64,000 nt of DNA from an uncultured Christensenellaceae bacterium (lineage in GTDB: Bacteria; Bacillota; Clostridia; Christensenellales; SZUA-584), in the NCBI GenBank assembly GCA_964441275.1, contig CAYTUG010000009.1, forward strand, positions 617-64,616. Direction: 5' to 3'. Made by a program: the position numbers and the translations under genes. This document shows positions 30,994-40,885 of this stretch, piece by piece; position 1 is the stretch's first letter; each line of letters opens with the position of its first letter. The notes beneath the pieces were generated by a model. The model saw nothing but the letters and a program-made list of their open reading frames with translations. It was not told the DNA's origin and did no database searches.

Positions 30994-31618
30994 TACCGTA
31001 TTTCCCGATATTCCGGTTTGTGTTGTATGCGGAATTGAAAAAGGGGTTGTCTCTCATACTTGTGCCAAGTGTTCCGATTCGCTCGAGCGGCTAAAAGCCG
31101 GGTGCATAAAAACGCAAGGATTAACGGCGCTTGTATCCTACCGGTACGAATGCGAAGCCGAAAGCTTAATTAAAAAGTATAAATATGATGGGGCAAGGTG
31201 GCTGAGCGCGTTTATAGCAAACAGTATAATGCGCACGGTCTTTGACGCGCATACAGAGTTTGATTTTATCTGTAATGTCCCGCTGCACAAGAAGAAACGC
31301 GCAAGCAGAGGCTTTGACCAGTCAGAGCTGATTGCGGCGCATTTAGCGCAATATACGGCAAAGCCCTATGTAAAGACGCTGGACAGGGTGCGCAATACGC
31401 CCACTCAAACAAAGTTAAGCATTCGGCAAAGGCAAAGCAATGTGGAAGGCGCATTTTCAGCGAATGCAATAAATGGGCATGTTTTGCTTATTGACGATGT
31501 GATAACCACCGGCGCAACCGTTGCGGAGTGTGCAAAGGCGCTTATGAAAGCGGGTGCAAAAAGCGTTAAGGCTGCTGCATTTGCTTATGCTAAGATAAGC
31601 AATGCGACAACAAATTAA
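30980..31618 (+). CDS. comFC: ComF family protein (ComFC, phosphoribosyltransferase fold with N-terminal zinc finger)
   Basis: CVVCG...CAKC zinc-ribbon and PRTase motif VLLIDDVITTGAT. Overlaps the recD2 stop. Confidence 0.85.
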   Translation: MGALNTVFPDIPVCVVCGIEKGVVSHTCAKCSDSLERLKAGCIKTQGLTALVSYRYECEAESLIKKYKYDGARWLSAFIANSIMRTVFDAHTEFDFICNVPLHKKKRASRGFDQSELIAAHLAQYTAKPYVKTLDRVRNTPTQTKLSIRQRQSNVEGAFSANAINGHVLLIDDVITTGATVAECAKALMKAGAKSVKAAAFAYAKISNATTN

Positions 31619-31652
31619 GCAGTACAGACTTAAAAAAAGGAAGAGAACGATT

Positions 31653-32825
31653 ATGAATTTTGCAAGAAGGCTTGATAAAGTTACCGGAAGTGCGATACGG
31701 GATATCTTTGCTTTGATAGGCAAACCCGGAATGATATCATTTGCAGGGGGCAACCCCTCTCCCGAAAGCTTTCCGGCGGACAAGTTAGCGCAGATAGCAT
31801 TTGATTTGATAGCGGAAAAGGGAAGCCGGATTCTTCAATACGGGGGCACTCCCGGGATCGGCAGGCTAAAAGAAACAGTTGCGGATATGGTGCAAAAACG
31901 GGGTATAAGCGCAAATGCAGACAATATTATAATAACATCGGGCGCAACGCAGGGAATAGGGCTCGCCGCAAAAACGCTTTTAAACCCGGGCGATGTGGTG
32001 CTTGTGGAATCGCCTACGTTTGTTGGCGCATTGCAGACGTTTCTTACATACGAAGCAGATGTGCGGGGCGTGGATATGGACGAGCACGGCATGAGCATGG
32101 ACGATTTGGAGAATAAGGTTAAAACCTTAAAGCCAAAATTTGTGTACACAATACCCACTTTTCAAAACCCGACGGGGCGAACTCTTATTAAAGAGCGCCG
32201 CATACGCATGGTTGAGATTTGCAAAAAGCATGATGTGCTCATATTAGAGGACGATCCCTATTGCGACCTTCGTTATTCGGGCAGCGAACAACCGCCGGTA
32301 AAGAGTTTTGATAACGGGCAAGTCATATACTTAATGAGCTTTTCCAAAATAATATCGCCGGGGCTTAGGGTGGGCGCCGCAGTGGCGGACGCCCGCATTA
32401 TCGCAAAGTACAATATTGCCAAGCAGGGTGAGGATTTGCATACGCCCAATCTTTCTCAGGAGATTGTAGACGCGTATGCGCGTTCGGGCAATTTGGATAC
32501 GCATATAGAGTACATACGCTCTCTGTATCGGGAAAAACGTGACGCTATGCTTTTGGCGTTAAAGCAGTTCCCGGAAGGCATAACGTATACCTGCCCCGAT
32601 GGCGGGCTGTTTATTTGGCTGCAGCTGCCTTTGGGGGCGGATCCGGTATCGCTGTTTCAACAAAGCGTTGATGCGGGGGTGGCTTTTGTGCCGGGCACAC
32701 ACTTTTATCCGCAAGGCGGCGGCAACAACACATTAAGGCTTAATTTCTCAATGGCATCAAAAAATCAGATACAAGAAGGAATGGGCAAGTTAAAAGAAGT
32801 ATTGAAAAGAAATTTGGGTAAGTAA
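31653..32825 (+). CDS. PLP-dependent aminotransferase, class I/II (2-aminoadipate/aromatic aminotransferase-like)
   Basis: SAIRDIF...ISFAGGNP N-terminus and an SFSKIISPGLRVG PLP-lysine motif. ATG 31653 follows AAAGGAAGAG. Confidence 0.85.
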   Translation: MNFARRLDKVTGSAIRDIFALIGKPGMISFAGGNPSPESFPADKLAQIAFDLIAEKGSRILQYGGTPGIGRLKETVADMVQKRGISANADNIIITSGATQGIGLAAKTLLNPGDVVLVESPTFVGALQTFLTYEADVRGVDMDEHGMSMDDLENKVKTLKPKFVYTIPTFQNPTGRTLIKERRIRMVEICKKHDVLILEDDPYCDLRYSGSEQPPVKSFDNGQVIYLMSFSKIISPGLRVGAAVADARIIAKYNIAKQGEDLHTPNLSQEIVDAYARSGNLDTHIEYIRSLYREKRDAMLLALKQFPEGITYTCPDGGLFIWLQLPLGADPVSLFQQSVDAGVAFVPGTHFYPQGGGNNTLRLNFSMASKNQIQEGMGKLKEVLKRNLGK

Positions 32826-32878
32826 TTTATATTTTAATTTGCTTAGCCATAAGGCTTATTATTTAATAAATAAGATAA

Positions 32879-32910
32879 CAAAATATGCTTTGTAATAAGG
32901 CATATTTTTT
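32879..32910 (+). terminator. Rho-independent terminator after the aminotransferase gene
   Basis: AAAATATGCTTT / AAGGCATATTTT 12-bp stem (one G-U pair), GTAAT loop, running into a T-tract. Confidence 0.6.
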
Positions 32911-33010
32911 ATGCCCGAATTAACGCTGTTTCTTTATAATTGCGGAATATTATCGCATGTTTAACTATATATTTATTAAAGAAACGAGTGCAAAAAGAGA
33001 GGGTTTTAAC

Positions 33011-34519
33011 ATGAAAGTAAATAAAGAGACAATTAGGATGGAATCGGCTTGCCAGCCCGTTTTAAGCGAAAGCATAGTTGAAGGCAGGCTTTCTCCTCCT
33101 GAAGACAAAACGCAAATAGATAGAGTTTTGTTTGTTCAAGGGCGCATATATGTAAATGCCGAACCGGCCGAGGGCAAGGTGTTCATGGACGGGAACGTGG
33201 AATTTGGTGTTGTTTATGTAGGTTTGGACGGTGACATAGATTCTTTTGAGTCGGTTTCTGTATTTCGGCATACGGAAGATATGCAGGATGCGGGCGCAGG
33301 CATGAACATATGGGCGCACGGCACTGTAAAAGAGATATCTTTTAGCGTTGAGGAAGGCAGGATTGTAATAGTTAAGGGAATTGTATCGGTGCAGCTAAGC
33401 GGCAGCATGACAAAAAGCTGCGAAGCCATAACGGGCGTGGAATCTGAAGAGCTGCAAACAAAAGCAACAAGCTTAAGGCTAAGAGCAACCCGGGAACAGC
33501 GCAAGGAAACAGTCTATATTCGCGAGGATGTGCGGGTGCCCCAAACTATGCCGGTTGCAAGAAAAGTGTTGTATGCGGACGCATACGCAATAGTGCGCAG
33601 CGTGCGCACCGAAGAGTTGAAAGTTGTAGTAGAAGGCGATATTAAACTGTCGGTGCTCTATTTATCGGCGGATAAAAAAGCACCGTTGCAACACATGTGT
33701 GAAACGATGCCGTTTGGGCAAATTGTTGCCACGGAGGGAATAGCCGAAGGCGATATCATTATTGCCGATGCGTTGATGTCCGATGTGCGGGTAGATATGG
33801 CTGACGAAGCCGACGACATACTGCGCCTGTCCGCGCGGGTTATCATATCATACGCTGCAAAAGCGGAAACACAGGTGCGGTATATTGAGGATGCATATTC
33901 AATGCAAAACAGGATTGACATAGAGTATGACAGCCAAACATGCAAAGAGACGGCTTTTGCGGCAAATGCGCGAGCTGCTGCCAGAGCCAATATTACCATT
34001 CCAACTTCACAGCCTGCCGTATCGCGGGTAATATGTTTAAAGGCAACGCCAAACATTGCCTCTGTGCGTTCCGGTATAGACCGCATATATATAGAGGGGC
34101 TGATGATGTTTACCATGTGCTATTATTCTTCTGAAGGCATGTGGAGTTTTTCGGGCGAGACACAGTTTGAAGCGGAAGTTACGGTGGGGGGGCTAAAGCC
34201 TGAGCATGACGTGCAAATTTGGGCGGATGTGGAGAGCTGCACTTTTGACGGAACAGGCAGGGACATAAGCGCAAAATTTATGATGGATGTAAAGGTTAGC
34301 GCATTTGAACAAACAAAATTGAACATAATGTCCCAAATAGCGAAGACGGGCGAGCGTTTGCCGGCGCGCCGCGGAATTACTATTTATTTTGCCGATGAAG
34401 GCGAAAGCATATGGGATATTGCAAAACGCTTTGCGATAACGCTTGAGAGCGTTGAAAGGTTTAACCCCAAAATAAGCGGTCCTGCAAAGGCGGGACAAAA
34501 AATTCTGTTAATGGGTTAA
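33011..34519 (+). CDS. SipL-like spore coat morphogenetic protein (DUF3794 repeats plus C-terminal LysM)
   Basis: 503 aa. The C-terminal LysM (ITIYFADEGESIWDIAKRFAITLESVERFNP...GQKILL) and the repetitive beta-rich N-terminal region match the architecture of clostridial SipL as I know it. Confidence 0.65.
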   Translation: MKVNKETIRMESACQPVLSESIVEGRLSPPEDKTQIDRVLFVQGRIYVNAEPAEGKVFMDGNVEFGVVYVGLDGDIDSFESVSVFRHTEDMQDAGAGMNIWAHGTVKEISFSVEEGRIVIVKGIVSVQLSGSMTKSCEAITGVESEELQTKATSLRLRATREQRKETVYIREDVRVPQTMPVARKVLYADAYAIVRSVRTEELKVVVEGDIKLSVLYLSADKKAPLQHMCETMPFGQIVATEGIAEGDIIIADALMSDVRVDMADEADDILRLSARVIISYAAKAETQVRYIEDAYSMQNRIDIEYDSQTCKETAFAANARAAARANITIPTSQPAVSRVICLKATPNIASVRSGIDRIYIEGLMMFTMCYYSSEGMWSFSGETQFEAEVTVGGLKPEHDVQIWADVESCTFDGTGRDISAKFMMDVKVSAFEQTKLNIMSQIAKTGERLPARRGITIYFADEGESIWDIAKRFAITLESVERFNPKISGPAKAGQKILLMG

Positions 34520-34541
34520 AAGAATCGTAAAAAGCAAATTT

Positions 34542-34561
34542 AAAAAGCCGGAAGGCTTTTT
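34542..34561. terminator. Bidirectional Rho-independent terminator between the convergent sipL-like gene and dnaB
   Basis: AAAAAGCC-GGAA-GGCTTTTT: perfect 8-bp stem including A/T tracts on both sides. Confidence 0.7.
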
Positions 34562-34587
34562 AATTTGTGTAGAAATATTTTTAGCTG

Positions 34588-35925
34588 TTAATATGCGTCC
34601 GAATCGGGTTGTGACGAAATCTCCATAAAACGGGTTTGGTCGCCGCGCCACCCTACGTTTATATCTCCTGTCGGGCCGCTTCTTTGTTTTGCTACAATTA
34701 TTTGAGACGTGTTATCGGCCTCTTTGTTGTAATAGTTCTCGCGGTGCAAAAACAGCACTACATCGGCATCCTGCTCAATACTTCCCGATTCTCGCAAATC
34801 GGACAGAAGAGGGCGCTTTGAATCGCGTTTTTCGCTCGCGCGCGATAGTTGAGACAGCAGCATAACGGGCAAATCTAAATCTTTAGCCATTATTTTTAAA
34901 CTGCGGGTCATTGCGGACACTTCTTGCTGACGGTTTTCCCGCCTATCTTTTCCGGACATTAGCTGAAGATAGTCTATTACAACAAGCCCAAGCCCTTTTT
35001 CTTTTTTAAGGCGGCGTGCTTTGGCAAGCATCTCCATTACGGTAATTGCGGGAGAATCATCAATATATATAGGCGCCGCGCCAAGCTGGGTTACCGCAAC
35101 GTACAGGCGGTCAAAATCATCGTGTGTAAGACCGCCGACCCGGGTTTTTTGGCTGTCCACCAAAGCTTCACTGCACATCATTCTTAAAGCAAGCTGCTCG
35201 CGCGCCATTTCTAACGAAAAGATGGCAACGGGTACTTTTTCGGCAACTGCAACATGTTGCGCAACGTTTAAAGCAAAGCTTGTTTTACCCATGCTTGGGC
35301 GTCCTGCAACAACAATTAGCTGCGATTTTTGAAGCCCGGAAAGCATCTTGTCCAAAAGCTTAAAACCTGTCGGGATGCCAAGAAAACCGCGTTCGTTGTT
35401 CATAGCATCGCTTATTGCGGTATAACCTTCAAGCAACGCTTTTTTAATATGTTCCAGTGAGTCGCGCCGTCTTTTAACGGCTATCTTATATATCAAGTCT
35501 CCTGCGCGGTTAACAATATTGGCAACGTCATCTTCTGACGATGCCGCGTCTTTAATAATGGTGTTGCCCGCAGAGATTAGAGAGCGCAATACCGATTTTT
35601 GCTCAACAATATCAATATAATGCATTACGCTTAAGGCGCTGGGCACGCTTGATGAGAGCTCGGCAATGTAGACCGTTGCGTCTTGGTCAATCTGGTCTTT
35701 GCGCTCAAGGCGTTCTATTACAGTAACAGTATCAACGGGTTTGCCCATTTCGCAAAGCTCGCTCATCACCCCGAATATTTGCTGATGGAGTGCAGAATAA
35801 AAATCTGCGGGCAGCAAATGCTCAATGGCGATATAAACCGCTTTCGGGTCTAAAAACATGCTCCCAAGCACACTGCGTTCCGCTTCAATGCTGTGGGGCG
35901 GCACGAATGCAGCAAGCTGTTCCAT
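34588..35925 (-). CDS. dnaB: Replicative DNA helicase (DnaB family; DnaC in Bacillus nomenclature)
   Basis: PPHSIEAERSVLGSM N-terminus. Walker A GRPSMGKTSFAL. C-terminal SGSIEQDADVV. Confidence 0.97.
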   Translation of the reverse strand: MEQLAAFVPPHSIEAERSVLGSMFLDPKAVYIAIEHLLPADFYSALHQQIFGVMSELCEMGKPVDTVTVIERLERKDQIDQDATVYIAELSSSVPSALSVMHYIDIVEQKSVLRSLISAGNTIIKDAASSEDDVANIVNRAGDLIYKIAVKRRRDSLEHIKKALLEGYTAISDAMNNERGFLGIPTGFKLLDKMLSGLQKSQLIVVAGRPSMGKTSFALNVAQHVAVAEKVPVAIFSLEMAREQLALRMMCSEALVDSQKTRVGGLTHDDFDRLYVAVTQLGAAPIYIDDSPAITVMEMLAKARRLKKEKGLGLVVIDYLQLMSGKDRRENRQQEVSAMTRSLKIMAKDLDLPVMLLSQLSRASEKRDSKRPLLSDLRESGSIEQDADVVLFLHRENYYNKEADNTSQIIVAKQRSGPTGDINVGWRGDQTRFMEISSQPDSDAY

Positions 35926-35929
35926 TGCT

Positions 35930-36385
35930 CTACTCCGATTCTACGCAGACTATGATATTGGCAGTAAGCCCGCTGTAAACTTTAATTGATATGTTGCTTT
36001 CGCCTAATTCTTTGATCGGTTCGTCCAATACGATTCGCTTTTTATCTATTTCTATTTCATGCTGGGCAAGTATAGAATCCGAAATCTCTTTAGCCGTGAT
36101 AGAGCCAAACAGCCGTCCGCTCTCTCCGCATTTTCCTTTTACTATAACCTTAAGCCCGTTTAAACGTTTTGTAATTTCTTCGGCGGACAAACGCTCAAGC
36201 ATCCGCCTTTTCTCGTTTGCCTGCTGCTGCCGCTTTGCTTCGTTAAGATTGTGGGCAGTGGCCTCTTTTGCAAGCCCTTTGGGAAGCAGATAATTGCGCG
36301 CATAGCCTGCACTGACGTTTACAACATCCCCGGCGTACCCTTTCCCTTTAATATCTTCTGTTAAAATTACTTTCACTTTATTCAA
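35930..36385 (-). CDS. rplI: 50S ribosomal protein L9
   Basis: MKVILTEDIKGKGYAGDVVNVSAGYARNYLLPKGLA. Confidence 0.97.
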   Translation of the reverse strand: MNKVKVILTEDIKGKGYAGDVVNVSAGYARNYLLPKGLAKEATAHNLNEAKRQQQANEKRRMLERLSAEEITKRLNGLKVIVKGKCGESGRLFGSITAKEISDSILAQHEIEIDKKRIVLDEPIKELGESNISIKVYSGLTANIIVCVESE

Positions 36386-38316
36386 ACCTCCTTAACATAT
36401 TTTTTAATCGCGGCTCTTAACATCTTGTTAGCCGTTTCAAGATCGGTATTGGAAAGCCGTGCCGCCGCAATAGTGGCGTGGCCGCCGCCGCCCAAAGTTT
36501 CAAGTATTATTTGCACGTTTACATCACCTTGAGAGCGTCCGCTTATTAAAACGGTATCTTCAAACAAGCATATGACAAAAGAAGCATTTATACCTCGTAT
36601 TGTCAACAACGCATCGGCAGCCTGAGCAACCAAAAGCGATGCGTTGTTTAAACCTTTAGGACAAGTTGCAATTGCAATTCCGTCATATAAGATTTGCGCA
36701 CTGCGTACTATCTCGGTTTTTGCCAAATATGATGCAAGGTCATCCTGCATTAGCTGCCTTGAAACGGAAGAATCGGCGCCTTGCCTTCTTAAGTACGAAG
36801 CCGCATCAAAAGTGCGCACGCCCGTATTGAACGAAAACCCCTTGGTGTCAAGAGTAATCCCGCTAAGCAGTGTGTCAAGATCAACTGCTAAAGGTTTAAG
36901 ATCATTATCAAAATACTGCATAATTTCAGTGACAAGTTCGCATGTGGAAGAAGCGTAGGGGTCGTGGTAGTATAGAGCGGCTTTTTCAATATTAGATGTG
37001 CCGCGTATGTGATGGTCTATTACCACAATGGTATCCGCCATTTCGAGAAGCCCGGGAGAAATAGTAAATTCAGAAATCTGAGTGTCAAGCACAACAAGCA
37101 TGCTTTCGGCGCTCATGTGCAGTGCGGCTTCTTGGCCGGTAACAAAGCTTTGCGCATATTGTTCCGTGTTGCGCAACGTATCGAGCAAAGGCTCTATAGA
37201 GGGGTTTGGGTTTTCCATAACTATAAAATGTTTTTTTGCCAAGTGCCGTGCGCATGCGCATATTCCAAGCGCAGCACCAATACAGTCAAGGTCGGGAATC
37301 TCGTGCCCCATTATAAATACGTTTTTGCGTTGTTCTAAAAGGTTGCGAAAAGCGTGGCTGATTATACGCGCTTTAACTTTGCTGCGCCGGACGCCGGTTT
37401 TCGGAGTCCCTCCGTAAAATACATAATTTTCGCCTTGTTTAACCACCGCCTGGTCTCCTCCGCGCCCAAGGCATAGCTCAAGCGCCTTTCCGGCAAATTC
37501 TCCCGATTGCTGAGAGCAATCCCCCGCGCCTACGGCTATTGAAAGAGTTGGGTATATGGACTGTCCTATCCGGCGCACATCTTCAAGCACGGAAAACTTG
37601 CTGTTGCGCAGCGCCGAAAGAAACCTTCGTTCAAATACGCAAATATAGCGTCCCCTGTCTGTGCGGGCAAAGAAGCCGCAGCTGTTTTTCGCCATGAGCG
37701 CAATATGCTGCTCTACTGCCGCAATGATTTCGGATAGTTCCGATTGGGGAAGCTGTGAGGAAAGCTCTTCGTAGTTATCAACCAGCACATGACATATAAC
37801 CGGAAGAAAGCTTTGGTAAAGCATATTTGATTCTATAGTATTTTCAACGTCTGCAAACCTGTACAGCGTAAGCTCGCGCCGGCCAAAAATTACTGTGCGC
37901 TGCTCTTTTATATACGTTTTATTTCCTATTTTAATTTTTTTATCTTTGTTGGAAGCATTAATGTCTTTTATAATGTTGTTAATATTGCGAAGCGCTCCAA
38001 ACCCCGCTATGTATTTAAAAGCAAGGTTTGCCCATTTTACATTGCCGGAAGGCGTTGTGACTGCGGTGGGCAGCGACATTGCGTTAAGTGAAGAATAAGG
38101 CTCGTCCTGAGTTAAAAGCAATTTCGCCAAAAATTTTTGCAGTTTTATACGGCGCAGCCAAACAAAATATATGTAAACAAAAACAAAAATCAATGCGGCG
38201 GAAAGCGCAAACAGCCCGGACGTTAAATCTAACGCAAATAAAACAACCGTTGTTACCGCGAGCGATGACAATAAAAATATTAAATCTGAAGAAAAGACAT
38301 TAAGCTTTGCATTCAT
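36382..38316 (-). CDS. gdpP: Cyclic-di-AMP phosphodiesterase GdpP (YybT): 2 TM, PAS-like, degenerate GGDEF, DHH/DHHA1
   Basis: 644 aa. DHH motif (VVIDHH) and a GGGH motif near the C-terminus. Conserved yybS-gdpP-rplI-dnaB context. Confidence 0.9.
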   Translation of the reverse strand: MNAKLNVFSSDLIFLLSSLAVTTVVLFALDLTSGLFALSAALIFVFVYIYFVWLRRIKLQKFLAKLLLTQDEPYSSLNAMSLPTAVTTPSGNVKWANLAFKYIAGFGALRNINNIIKDINASNKDKKIKIGNKTYIKEQRTVIFGRRELTLYRFADVENTIESNMLYQSFLPVICHVLVDNYEELSSQLPQSELSEIIAAVEQHIALMAKNSCGFFARTDRGRYICVFERRFLSALRNSKFSVLEDVRRIGQSIYPTLSIAVGAGDCSQQSGEFAGKALELCLGRGGDQAVVKQGENYVFYGGTPKTGVRRSKVKARIISHAFRNLLEQRKNVFIMGHEIPDLDCIGAALGICACARHLAKKHFIVMENPNPSIEPLLDTLRNTEQYAQSFVTGQEAALHMSAESMLVVLDTQISEFTISPGLLEMADTIVVIDHHIRGTSNIEKAALYYHDPYASSTCELVTEIMQYFDNDLKPLAVDLDTLLSGITLDTKGFSFNTGVRTFDAASYLRRQGADSSVSRQLMQDDLASYLAKTEIVRSAQILYDGIAIATCPKGLNNASLLVAQAADALLTIRGINASFVICLFEDTVLISGRSQGDVNVQIILETLGGGGHATIAAARLSNTDLETANKMLRAAIKKYVKEV

Positions 38317-39341
38317 GATATGTGACCGTCCCGACGCTCAAGGCGTTTGCGCAAATTTGATATGTTTTCAACAAGACCAATAACAGTGAGAACTAAACCG
38401 CCAATTAACGAGGTGATAAGATGTAACCCCACTCTTGTTATGTTGCCCATCCGCTTTTTTTTATAGAAAAAATCAAGCAAACTTAAACCCTGTATCATAA
38501 ATAAAAATGAAAACACATTAAATAACGTTATTTCTAAAATGTCGAATTTATGCACGCCAAGGTTTGCACCTATTATCGCAACAACATAAGAAATTATAAA
38601 CGCCAGCCAAAAACGGTTAGGCAGTCTGTATTCGCAAAACGAAGGCAGGTCATAAGTTTGAATACCGTGTTTTTTTGCGCGCGAAATAGGTAAAGTAATG
38701 CTTAACAGGCCGGCCGACAAAGAGAAAATAACAGCTAAGCTTACAAAAATGGTATTGACGCTGTCTTTTATCATGATGCGCATTATTTCAATTGCCTCGC
38801 CCGGCAAAGTTGCGTCTACCGCGCTTTGGGTTATCGCTCCTGAAATTATGTCTGCGCTTCTAAAAAGATTATAAAACAGCTTGACGCCCTGATCATTGTA
38901 GCTTTTAATGCTGTCAATTATTAATCCGGTTATATACTCGGCGGGAAGCATATGTTCAAAAACCCAGATTGCGCCCGCGATTAACAATATGCCTATCATA
39001 GACGCTCCGCTTGCAGCTAAAACGCTGTTAAAAAACCGGGTGCGCGAGCGTATCATATAAGCCGAAACGAAAGCGGCGGGCAGGAAAAGCAAACTCACAA
39101 ACAAGCAAAAAGCGGGGTTTATTATATACGCAACTATAAGGCAACAAATTATCACTGCGCTGCCTAAGCAGTATCCGTTTCTTGCTAAGGAATAAGACAT
39201 TGCTGCCGGTAAAATGATTATTGCGGGAAAAAAATATATTGATATAAAAATTGTTGCCGCTGCAAGCAACAACGTAAAAAACGCTGATTTATAATCTCCG
39301 TTTTTTGTCCTGTCCAAAGCTTCTTGTATTCCCACTTTCAA
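38313..39341 (-). CDS. yybS: YybS family membrane protein (DUF2232)
   Basis: Polytopic membrane protein immediately upstream of gdpP, overlapping it by 4 nt, as in Bacillus yybS-yybT. Confidence 0.8.
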   Translation of the reverse strand: MKVGIQEALDRTKNGDYKSAFFTLLLAAATIFISIYFFPAIIILPAAMSYSLARNGYCLGSAVIICCLIVAYIINPAFCLFVSLLFLPAAFVSAYMIRSRTRFFNSVLAASGASMIGILLIAGAIWVFEHMLPAEYITGLIIDSIKSYNDQGVKLFYNLFRSADIISGAITQSAVDATLPGEAIEIMRIMIKDSVNTIFVSLAVIFSLSAGLLSITLPISRAKKHGIQTYDLPSFCEYRLPNRFWLAFIISYVVAIIGANLGVHKFDILEITLFNVFSFLFMIQGLSLLDFFYKKKRMGNITRVGLHLITSLIGGLVLTVIGLVENISNLRKRLERRDGHIS

Positions 39342-39633
39342 AATGTTTCTTTAACGAAGATAAGTCCCCGAAGGTTGATTCGAGCTTGTGCATTTCCGCT
39401 ATGCCTAAATCCGCCTTTTTTATAATATCCTCGTCAAGTTCACTAAACGATATGCCGCATCTTCTCCCTAAAACATAAGCGAGCAGCACTGCCCCCCCAA
39501 GAGAATCTAACAGCTCCGCTCTGCTTTTAGACGAAAGAGCAGCTCTCAAAACGTCTGCGGATTCGCAGATAAACTCTGCCTTTAAAACTTCGATAATTTT
39601 TGCGTTGGCGGCCACATTAACAGACTGGCGCAT
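39289..39633 (-). CDS. Small helical protein, probably the MazG-like family protein common in Clostridia
   Basis: The pattern ...IIEVLKAE...LLDSLGGAVLLAYVLGRRCGISFSELD...H.LE..FGDLSSL resembles the short MazG-like family. ATG 39633 has an AAGGATGG RBS. Its 3' end overlaps the annotated yybS start by 53 nt. Confidence 0.5.
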   Translation of the reverse strand: MRQSVNVAANAKIIEVLKAEFICESADVLRAALSSKSRAELLDSLGGAVLLAYVLGRRCGISFSELDEDIIKKADLGIAEMHKLESTFGDLSSLKKHFESGNTRSFGQDKKRRL

Positions 39634-39688
39634 ATTATATACCATCCTTATACCGGTATGGCCCCAACACCCCTTTTATAGCGTTTAT

Positions 39689-39717
39689 ATTCTATCCGTA
39701 AAAAGTATAATAGTCAA
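39689..39717 (-). promoter_or_regulatory. Sigma-A-type promoter for the MazG-like/yybS/gdpP/rplI/dnaB transcription unit
   Basis: Minus strand: TTGACT (39717-39712), 17 nt, TAGAAT (39694-39689). Confidence 0.5.
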
Positions 39718-39870
39718 TGCTGCCTAAACCGGCGTATCGACAAAAATTTAAGGCATCGCTTTAAGAAAACCGGAAACACAGCCTTGCGGTATTTTATAAA
39801 TAGTTTTATAGAACACAAATAGCAGCCAATTAATGATCAAAACTAAAAATCGTCAAATAAACTATTTGCG

Positions 39871-40641
39871 TTATGCGCTTCTGTCGATAATAAGCTTGTC
39901 TGCCATAAGCGCAATAAATTCGCCGTTTGTAGGTTTATCGTTATTTGTGTATATATTATATCCGATAAAGGAATTAATATTTTCAATTTTACCGCGAGAC
40001 CAAGCGACTTCTATGGCATGTCTTATAGCGCGCTCAACTTTGCTTGCGCTTGTATCAAACGGTTCCGCAATGCCCGGATACAGCTTTTTTGTTATTGCAT
40101 TGATAAGATCGGGGTTTTTTACCACCATCTTAATAGCTTCTCGCAAAAAGTGATATCCTTTAATGTGCGCGGGAATGCCTATAGACAAAAATACAGCAGT
40201 GATTTTTTCATCTAAAGTTCTTGAACGCACAGGCAGGGGCGAGCGTTTAGTAGAAATCACTCTGCCGCCAAACATATCTTGCAGCCGTTTGTATAGTATG
40301 TCTTTGTTAAACGGCTTTATCATGTAGTATTTTGCCCCAAGATCGCACGCAAGCTTTACCATCTTTTCGTTGCCAACTGCGGAAACTACAATAATCGCGG
40401 GCATATTTTCAAACTCTGAAGTGTTTAACCTTTCAAGCAACGAAAGGCCGTCCGCCTCCGGCATTATCATATCCACAATCAAGGCGTCGGGAGACAGCTC
40501 TTTTATTAAACCCGCCGCCTCTACAGGATTATTACAGGACCCCACTACTTCTACGTCATTCTTAGTGTTAAAATATTTTGTAAGCATGTCATTTAACTGT
40601 TCGTTGTCTTCGATGATTAGCAACTTAATCTTTTTGTCCAT
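39871..40641 (-). CDS. spo0A: Sporulation master regulator Spo0A
   Basis: Receiver domain (LLIIEDN...DALIVDMIMPEADG). The Spo0A-specific effector domain includes the diagnostic GIPAHIKGYHFLREAI and SKVERAIRHAIEVAW helices. Confidence 0.95.
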   Translation of the reverse strand: MDKKIKLLIIEDNEQLNDMLTKYFNTKNDVEVVGSCNNPVEAAGLIKELSPDALIVDMIMPEADGLSLLERLNTSEFENMPAIIVVSAVGNEKMVKLACDLGAKYYMIKPFNKDILYKRLQDMFGGRVISTKRSPLPVRSRTLDEKITAVFLSIGIPAHIKGYHFLREAIKMVVKNPDLINAITKKLYPGIAEPFDTSASKVERAIRHAIEVAWSRGKIENINSFIGYNIYTNNDKPTNGEFIALMADKLIIDRSA

Positions 40642-40885
40642 AAATACAAACTCCTTTCAAACTTATACTTAATATTCCCTCATACCTTAAAAAATGACGT
40701 AATGTGACGCAACACACCAACAAAAGAAAATCTATGCAAGAATAATACCATGATACATTAATTTAATCAATGGAACCATAATAACAATAATATATCATTT
40801 CTTAGGAAATAGATATTTTTATACTATAAAATGCGACAATAAGTGCGCCCGCAATTATTTTAATTTTGAAGGCGCACTTATAAAC

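Noticed and set aside
40642-40885. Sigma-H promoter and Spo0A boxes upstream of spo0A; hairpin AAGTGCGCC...GGCGCACTT (40843-40879) as terminator of the RsfA-like gene
   Set aside because: Only 1-mismatch heptamers (for example TGTCGCA) are present, and there is no correctly spaced sigma-H -35/-10 pair that I could defend by eye. The hairpin has a ~19-nt loop and no adjacent U-tract, so confidence is too low to annotate.
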